Of a stretch of DNA of 40,024 nucleotides, positions 33,398 through 40,024 are shown piece after piece. Source of the DNA: Octopus bimaculoides (Eukaryota); contig NC_069009.1 in assembly GCF_001194135.2 (NCBI RefSeq), forward strand, positions 8,018,211 through 8,058,234. Direction: 5' to 3'. The position numbers and the translations under genes are program-made. The notes beneath the pieces were generated by a model. The model was given only the letters and a program-made list of their open reading frames with translations, made no database searches and was not told the DNA's origin. Each line of letters begins with the position of its first letter. The first letter of the stretch is position 1.

Positions 33398-33655
33398 AGA
33401 GGCCTTTGGCAATATGCTGTGCTTGAGAAGAAGACCTATCAAGCCAAGTGAAATTGTTGTTGTAACAGGTACTTGTGTCATGCAACGGTGGCATGTAAAA
33501 GCACCCATTGGAGTGGTTGGCATTAGGAAGGGCATCCAACCATAGAAACCATGTCAAATTGGACTGGAATCTAGTGCAGCCCCTCAGCATACCAGCCCTG
33601 GTCAAACTGTCCAACTCGTGCCAGCATGGACATCGGATGTTGAATGATGATGATC
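33397..33655 (+). mobile_element. RTE 3' UTR / RTE-tail short element
   Basis: gtggttggcattaggaagggcatcc...gccagcatgga...(GAT)n. Confidence 0.88.
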
Positions 33656-33804
33656 ATAATCCTTCCTCTTTATTGTTATTCTTTTTTTATTTTCTTTTGC
33701 TATATTCTTAGATACTATGAATATAATATATACCATAACATAATATTATACAACATAAATGATTATAAGTAAATTGGATGTTTAACACACCTCTTTGAAG
33801 GATA

Positions 33805-33975
33805 TATAGGCGCAGGTGTGGCTGTGTGGTAAGAAGCTTGCTTTCCAACCACATGGTTCCAGATTTAGTTCCAGTGCATGGCACCTTGGGTAACTGTTTT
33901 CTATTATACTCGCGGGCCGACCAAAGAATTGGGAGTAGATTTGATAGATGGAAACTGAAAGAAGTCTGTCGTGCA
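33805..33975 (+). mobile_element. SINE family A 5' module
   Basis: ggcgcaggtgtggctgtgtggtaagaagcttgc...gaaactgaaagaagtctgtcgt. Confidence 0.9.
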
Positions 33976-34699
33976 TTTATCTGTCTCTCTATGAGAATTA
34001 CTTAATGCAGTTTTTCAAGTGTCAAGGTGATTTAAAAAAAAAATATTATGAAATCTCTTATGAGGATGTTACTAACCTATTTTTGGGAATAAGTTTTTTT
34101 CTAGTGTGTGAGCGCTTTCGTTTAACCTTTTCAAATACACTTACTCTTAAAGAGGAAACATTTATCTCTGTGCCAACAGAGAGCTTATGAAGTATTTTGA
34201 CCGGATTGATAATCCCTCACTATTGGCTACATTTATGCCCCATTGGGCCACCGGGGGAGTCTGAGTTGCCCAGCAACAGGGTTTTGTTTCGTGGGTTCTC
34301 TTTTTTCTTTTCCGTGTTATTTCGCATGCTTTCAAAGAATTTGACATCGAAATCATGCGTAAACGGCTCCTTTTCTCAGAAAAAGAAAGATATTTGGCTG
34401 CTATTTCTTGCACGTCCTGCTACCACGTAACAACTGTTTCGGGTCCGTGATCGCAAATAGCTGTTACGTGGTCACAAGGCGAGCTAGGTTACGAACAGGT
34501 CTTTTACGAAATATCTACTATATTTTTAGTCATTTTCACTTAAAAATATGTTGCCCATCATAACGTGTCTAATGGAATGGTTAGAGTTTCTTCCCTTTCA
34601 GGGACACTTTACTTTATTATGCGCCAGTTTGGCTGTGTAACATTGCAAACAAGCCAGCTATATTGAACTTCAATATTGAACTTCATTTTTAATGTATAT

Positions 34700-34930
34700 A
34701 CATGTGTGTGTGTGTATGTGTGCGCGTCTGTGTCTGTTTGTACCGTCTCACCAACGCTTGACAACGGGTGTTGCTATGTCTACGTCTCCGTAAATTAGCG
34801 GTTCGGCAAGGAGACCGATAGAATAAGTACCACGCTTTAAAAATAAGTACTGGGATCAATTCATTTGACCAAAGTTTTAAATGCAGTGTTCCAACATGAC
34901 CGCAGTGTAATGACTGAAACAAGTAAAATA
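34700..34930 (+). mobile_element. SINE family A 3' module
   Basis: gcttgacaacgggtgttg...gaccgatagaataagtac...aatgactgaaacaagtaaaa. Confidence 0.88.
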
Positions 34931-35029
34931 TGATATATGCATTACGAATGCTCTCGTATTGTAAACGTCACTAGGTGTTATGAGCGACTGATAATATATA
35001 CATATACGTATATGTGTCATTATTAAGTT

Positions 35030-35470
35030 TTATTTCAAGATTTCTTGGCAATATAGAAAGAGCATGTTTCTGACATAGGCTCAAGGCTCCTCCACTGGAA
35101 TTTCAACATCAAATGGGTACGTACGTACGTATGTATGTATGTATGTATGTATGTATGTATGTATGTATGTATGTGTGCAGATTTGTATGTCTTGCTTTAT
35201 ATACTCTCATGCAAATAGTTGCATATCTAGACACACTCATATATACTTAAATGATAAACTTCTGGAAGGTTTTACAGATTTCTACAGTTCCAGTGATGGC
35301 TTGGAATCAGCTTTCTACTTTCTGGTTTTGAGAAACCTAATTTCTCAAGATTGGTATTAAGGCAGTGTGTTACATATCCCAGGGTCCCAATAATTACAGG
35401 TATAAATCTGAACTTGTAATCTGGATAGAGTAACTTCAGGTTTCTCAATAGTTCGACGTATGTATGCATA
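35030..35470 (-). mobile_element. 3' fragment of a restriction-like-endonuclease (RLE) non-LTR retrotransposon (stop 35247-35249) plus 3' UTR
   Basis: rc YVELLRNLKLLYPDYKFRFIPVIIGTLGYV...LEKLGFS, then SITGTVEICKTFQKFII*; resembles the C-termini of R4/NeSL-type elements. The clade was not resolved. Confidence 0.7.
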
Positions 35471-35473
35471 TAT

Positions 35474-37812
35474 TGTGGAAAGATCATGAAAACCCCCACG
35501 TGACAAAAAGTGGACTGACGCCTTTCAATAAAATAAAGAAATTGTGAACTGTCGGCAGTTGACAGCGTTAATCGTTCGTATTGGATTACTGTATTAGTTT
35601 AATATCGTTCCTACGTCCGGCATAGTACAGAGTACGTTCTGCGTGAACATATTCATTCTGTAAAAGGTTATTCTAAATAACCATATCCAAATATTTATTT
35701 GGGTAATACTATTCTGACACCCTTGTGCACACCCCCAACGTCATCATAACATTATTGGCAACGAGATATTCAAAACCCTTGAAGACAACAATTTACGACG
35801 AGAATATTCAAACCCAGTTTGGAACATGGAAGAATTACTAGCTTCAGTAACTGAATTACAGAAACAGCAACAACAGCTAACACAGCTACTACTCAACAAA
35901 ACAGAAAACTACATCGACTTCGTTCAACCCTGATACGGTCGCAAACTCCATCGGTGAATTTACATATAACTCAGAGGTTGGTATTACCTTTCTTGCGTAC
36001 TACAGAAGGTATGGGAAGATTTTAAAAGAAGAGTCTTCGGACTGGCACGATAAAAAACCGACTTTTGTTAAGAAAATTGGCCCCAGCTGAGCACGAAAAA
36101 TACTGCAAGAGACCAGGGGAAGTCTGTTTTAAAGAAACTTGATACCCTTTCAAAGATTTTCAACATAAAAAGCTCTTTATTTAATACACTCTGGCAATGC
36201 ACGAGTATTACAAAACAAAGAGGGCGAAGATTTTATTACATACGCTGGAATCGTTAATAGGGAGTGCAAGAAATTTAAAATTAATGAATTAACACCAGGC
36301 ATGCTTAAAAGTTTAATTTTCGTGCAAAGTTTAACGGCAAAGAAAGACGCAGAAATTCGTAACCCAATTCTGACTAAATTAGAGCAGAATTAGAAGCTCA
36401 CACTACAAGAAATATCTGAGGAATGCCAGAGAATAATAAACCTAAGGCACGATAGGGAACAAATTGAAGTAAGAAACTGCTTCCATATAAAGTCGGGACG
36501 ACCGAAAGTAAGAAATGAAAAGCAGAAAATTAACCTATGCTTTGGATGTGGAGAATTACACTACAGATTCGACTGTCCTTATAAAAATCGAAAATGCTTC
36601 AAGTGAGGTAAGATAGGTCATAAAAAAATTACACTGTAAAGCAAAACCTAGAAAACGGTTCAACAGAAAAAAATCATGTAGACAGTCTATCGGCGACAAT
36701 AAATGCAAACAAGCCTCAAAAGAAATTTGTGTATGTAAAAATTAAAAATACAAATGTAAAATTACAGTTAGATAGTGGCGGTGACTTTATGTTAATTAAT
36801 GAAAACATGGAAAAAAAATCGGGAAATCTACACTTCAGAAAACATCGAAAATTGCCCCTGGTGTCTCGGGGATTAAAATGACTTTTAAAGGCGAAATTAT
36901 TTGTAACGTTCTATTTCACAGTAAGACTATAAAAGCGAAAACTTATGCATTAAAAAATACAAGCAACCGTTTTGGAACTGACTGGATGGAACTATTCGAC
37001 TTATGGGATTTAACCATAAGTAATTTTTGTAAAAATGTAATGGGGTCGTGCGTCAGTTCAAATGCAAAGTCAGAAAATTTTAAAAAAGAAGTGTAAAAAT
37101 TGTTCCCTGATGTTTTCCCAGACGAGTTGGGTCGGTGCAATAAATTGAAAGCCAAATTTCAGGTGAAGGAAAATGCGTTACCAGTTTTCAAACCCAAACG
37201 TAATATATCGTTTGCAGCAATTGGATCAAGTGAATAAGGAATTAGACAGACTGGGGAAAATGGGACTGATTGAAAAGCTCGATTATTCAGATTAGGCGAG
37301 TCCAATTGTATACGTTAAAAAGAAGAACGATAAAATACGTGTTTGCGCAGAGTTCTCGACGAGACTAAGCGACTGTTTAAAACAGTATAACTCCCCATTA
37401 CCTAACCCAGAAGAAATCTCAAAACTAAACAGTGCTAAATTGTTCTCAAAATTAGATCTGTCTGATGCCTACTTACAAGTACAAGTGGAAAACGAATGTT
37501 CAAAGCTACTAACAATCAATACACATAAAAGTTTGTACAAGTTTAACCGGTTTCTGTTTGGCATAAAAGTTGATGGATACGATGCTTGCAGAGTGTGACT
37601 TCGCGATGGCCTACCTGGACGATATATTAATTAAAAATGAATCTCTGAGATCAGCATGTTGAGCACGTGAAATATATATTCGAAAAATAAGGATTTACGG
37701 CTTCACTTTGAATTTTTCTTGCCACAAATTAAATATTTAGGACAAATCATGGATAAAAATGGTCGTCAACCAGATCCGTGGAGGGCAGATGCGATTAAAA
37801 ATATGCCCCTTT
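35474..37812 (+). mobile_element. Ty3/Gypsy LTR retrotransposon 5' half: LTR ~35474-35751, PBS 35756-65, gag from 35826, protease, RT to YLDD; decayed and 3'-truncated
   Basis: TG...CA then tggcaacgag. Gag with CFGCGELHYRFDC and CFK*GKIGH knuckles; LQLDSG protease; ASPIVYVKK, LDLSDAYLQ, YLDDILI, KYLGQI RT motifs. Confidence 0.93.
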
Positions 37813-38260
37813 CGACAAATGATTACTTTTGCAAATTCCTCTTACCCATCACATGCCACCTCACTCACAGCTTCCCCATGCTTACAAGTGGTATTCCTTC
37901 CCCATCCTCCCGTTTCTCCTCTTCAACCAAAAGCCCTTAAAACTACCTATCAACCTCTCCCCGCTCTCCATTCACCTCGCTCTATTCAATTTCATACACC
38001 TCTGCATATACCTCACTACTCTCCCTCCATTACCAACCTATTTTCATTATTGTACTAAACACTGCTATCTTGACCACTGACTCACTCATTCTGTCAGTCT
38101 CCCTCTATCTTCTCTCATACCTTTCTACATACTTCTGCTACTGAATTAGACACTTTTCCTCCTTCAAATAATTGCCATTCCTTTTTTCTCACTATCTCAA
38201 CTGTCAATAATTCTAGACACCAAACAGATGTATTAGTATAATGCTCGGGAAGGGAAAAAG

Positions 38261-38298
38261 TCTTTAATGTTTCGAGCCTATGCTCCTCCACAGAAAGA
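38261..38298 (-). ncRNA. Degenerate minimal HHR (core mutated to CTGTGGA)
   Basis: rc tcttt-CTGTGGA-g-gagc-atag-gctc-GAAA-ca-TT-aaaga. Confidence 0.65.
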
Positions 38299-38630
38299 AA
38301 CACAGAAAGAAACAAGGAGAGAAAATAGTTTGTACTCCTACATACAAGCCCAACAACAACTGACTACCCTTCGATTACTATCTATCCTACCCCTCCCATT
38401 CATCTCCCAACTCTCTACCTCTACTACCATCTCCCTTAATACCTGCATTATTAACCCCTCCCTCTTCCTGAAATAGCTCTCTTATTTCCTCTCACCATTC
38501 CCAGTCTTAACACTCTCATAACCCCATCGACCCTCCTATACTTCTCCAGTCTGATAAGGCTAGCTCTCTACATTTAATTATTCCATCTTTGAACTTCTCT
38601 GCATTAAGATCTGAAATGTAAGATCTTTTC

Positions 38631-38727
38631 TACCCTGATGACGGAAGCTCGTCTTATCCAAAGTTCATTGCTTCCGTTACGGCCGCATATCATGATGGAT
38701 CTATGAGCCCCTAGAAACAGCTGTTGG
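38631..38727 (+). ncRNA. HHR-like motif with expanded stem II region
   Basis: CTGATGA (38635-41), hairpin cggaagc/gcttccg, GAAA (38714-17), palindromic acagctgt. Confidence 0.55.
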
Positions 38728-38892
38728 ACTTATAACACCTTTCTTCCATACCTTTAATTTTCTCTGTAGTTTGTACTCTGTGTAAGTTTGATCTATTAAT
38801 ATATAAATATCTATATATTTATATTTAGATATTCATCGACTGAAAGTCTCTTTTTGCTTTCTCTCGTTTTGCAGCTATACATTCTTTCATTC

Positions 38893-39038
38893 TTTTACTC
38901 GTTTCAGTCATTTGACTGCGGCCATGCTGGGGCACCGCTTTTTAGTCCTTTTTAGTTTTGGGATCGATTTGCTCGACTAAAGCGGTGCTCCAGCATGGTC
39001 ACAGTCAAATGACTGAAACAAATAAATGAGTAAAAGAG
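38893..39038. repeat. Two SINE family A 3' ends in inverted arrangement (hairpin)
   Basis: tttcagtcatttgactgcggccatgctggggcaccgctttttagtc / gactaaagcggtgctccagcatggtcacagtcaaatgactgaaa. Confidence 0.9.
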
Positions 39039-39044
39039 TATATA

Positions 39045-39225
39045 TATATATATACGACGAGCTTCTTTCCGTTTCCGTCAACCAAATCCACTCACAAGGC
39101 TTTGGTCAGCCCGAGGCTGTAGGAGAAGAAAAGACACTTGCCCAAGGTGCCACGCAGTGGGACTGAATCCGGAACTATGTGGTTCGTAAGCAAGCTACTT
39201 ACCTCACAGCCACTCCTGCGCCTAT
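39045..39225 (-). mobile_element. SINE family A 5' module
   Basis: Standard head on the rc. Confidence 0.9.
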
Positions 39226-39296
39226 ATACATATATTGCTTTTGTATTTCATACCAAAACTATTACATTTAATTTATCCAATTTGCTCATCTGCATA

Positions 39297-39487
39297 NNNN
39301 NNNNNNNNNNNNNNNNNNNNNNNNNNNNNNNNNNNNNNNNNNNNNNNNNNNNNNNNNNNNNNNNNNNNNNNNNNNNNNNNNNNNNNNNNNNNNNNNNNNN
39401 NNNNNNNNNNNNNNNNNNNNNNNNNNNNNNNNNNNNNNNNNNNNNNNNNNNNNNNNNNNNNNNNNNNNNNNNNNNNNNNNNNNNNNN
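39297..39487. other. Assembly gap
   Basis: N run. Confidence 1.
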
Positions 39488-39589
39488 AGATGTATTAGTA
39501 TAATGCTCGGGAAGGGAAAAAGTCTTTAATGTTTCGAGCCTATGCTCCTCCACAGAAAGAAACACAGAAAGAAACAAGGAGAGAAAATA
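39488..39589 (+). repeat. Identical 102-bp copy of 38226-38327, including the degenerate HHR at 39523-39560 (-)
   Basis: Offset 1262 bp; no mismatches seen. Confidence 0.95.
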
Positions 39590-39973
39590 AAATAGTGAAG
39601 GATGTTTTATAACACTATTCCACATATACAAAAGCAGCCATACCAACAATCCAACATACCTCCATCATCAGCTGCCCCACGGATATCATTATAGTTTCGA
39701 TACCCGGGCAGTACCATTCAATCCGGCGGTGTCAACAGCAATAAAATAAGTGTTGTTTGGGAACAAACATACCCAAAAACTACAACTTTCAAACACATTT
39801 ACTCTGTGTACAATAGTATCTGTAAATATATTCAATAAGTAAATCAATAACCAACTCCTAAATATGTAACAAAACGTTTAAGTCATATATTTTATTCCCT
39901 ACAGTCTTCCATAGTATAATAAAAGTGTATGTATGTATTTATATTGCTTCGGCATTTATATGTATATACATAC

Positions 39974-40024
<51 letters not shown>

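Larger units (their letters stand above)
37815..38830. mobile_element. CT-rich PLE-like terminal region with HHR-like motifs on both strands; truncates the Gypsy element
   Basis: Abrupt compositional switch at ~37812; HHR-like motifs at 38261-38298 (-) and 38631-38727 (+). Confidence 0.55.

Noticed and set aside
34358-34450. Short ORF MRKRLLFSEKERYLAAISC...
   Set aside because: 31 codons, no recognisable motif and no splice support.
35030-35120. Ribozyme-like motif in the RLE-LINE 3' UTR
   Set aside because: No CTGANGA box or closed three-way junction in this copy.
1-40024. CRISPR arrays, rRNA genes or prokaryotic operons
   Set aside because: No regularly spaced repeat-spacer array and no rRNA-like sequence; the context is eukaryotic TE-rich DNA.

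Overview
Repeat-saturated, AT-rich eukaryotic non-genic or intronic DNA with six N-gaps. I infer a cephalopod source (probably Octopus) from the tRNA-headed SINE families, the (CAT)n-tailed RTE elements and the microsatellite load; no search was run. I recognised no host protein-coding exon, and nearly all ORFs in the supplied track are decayed transposon frames or microsatellite artefacts. Mobile content: an RTE-BovB-like LINE 3' end with a C2H2 finger, a DD34D mariner, a LINE with a twin-priming-type 5' inversion, a Tx1/L1 3' fragment, a ~3 kb RTE LINE, a Helitron N-terminal fragment with 23-aa repeats, two head-to-head Penelope-like elements (PLEs), an RLE-type LINE 3' fragment, the 5' half of a Ty3/Gypsy element, about 25 SINE copies or fragments, and several MITE/foldback elements. 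The most notable signals are three. (1) About eight type-I hammerhead-ribozyme (HHR)-like motifs from several unrelated PLE-like families, including a pseudoknot-capable one and one with an ~70-nt expanded stem II. (2) Foldback/inverted structures whose symmetry axis or breakpoint lies at or next to such motifs. (3) A PLE GIY-YIG endonuclease whose GIY and YIG halves are separated by ~211 codons of Ser/Asn/Thr-rich sequence. All alignments and folds were done by eye; boundaries are approximate.
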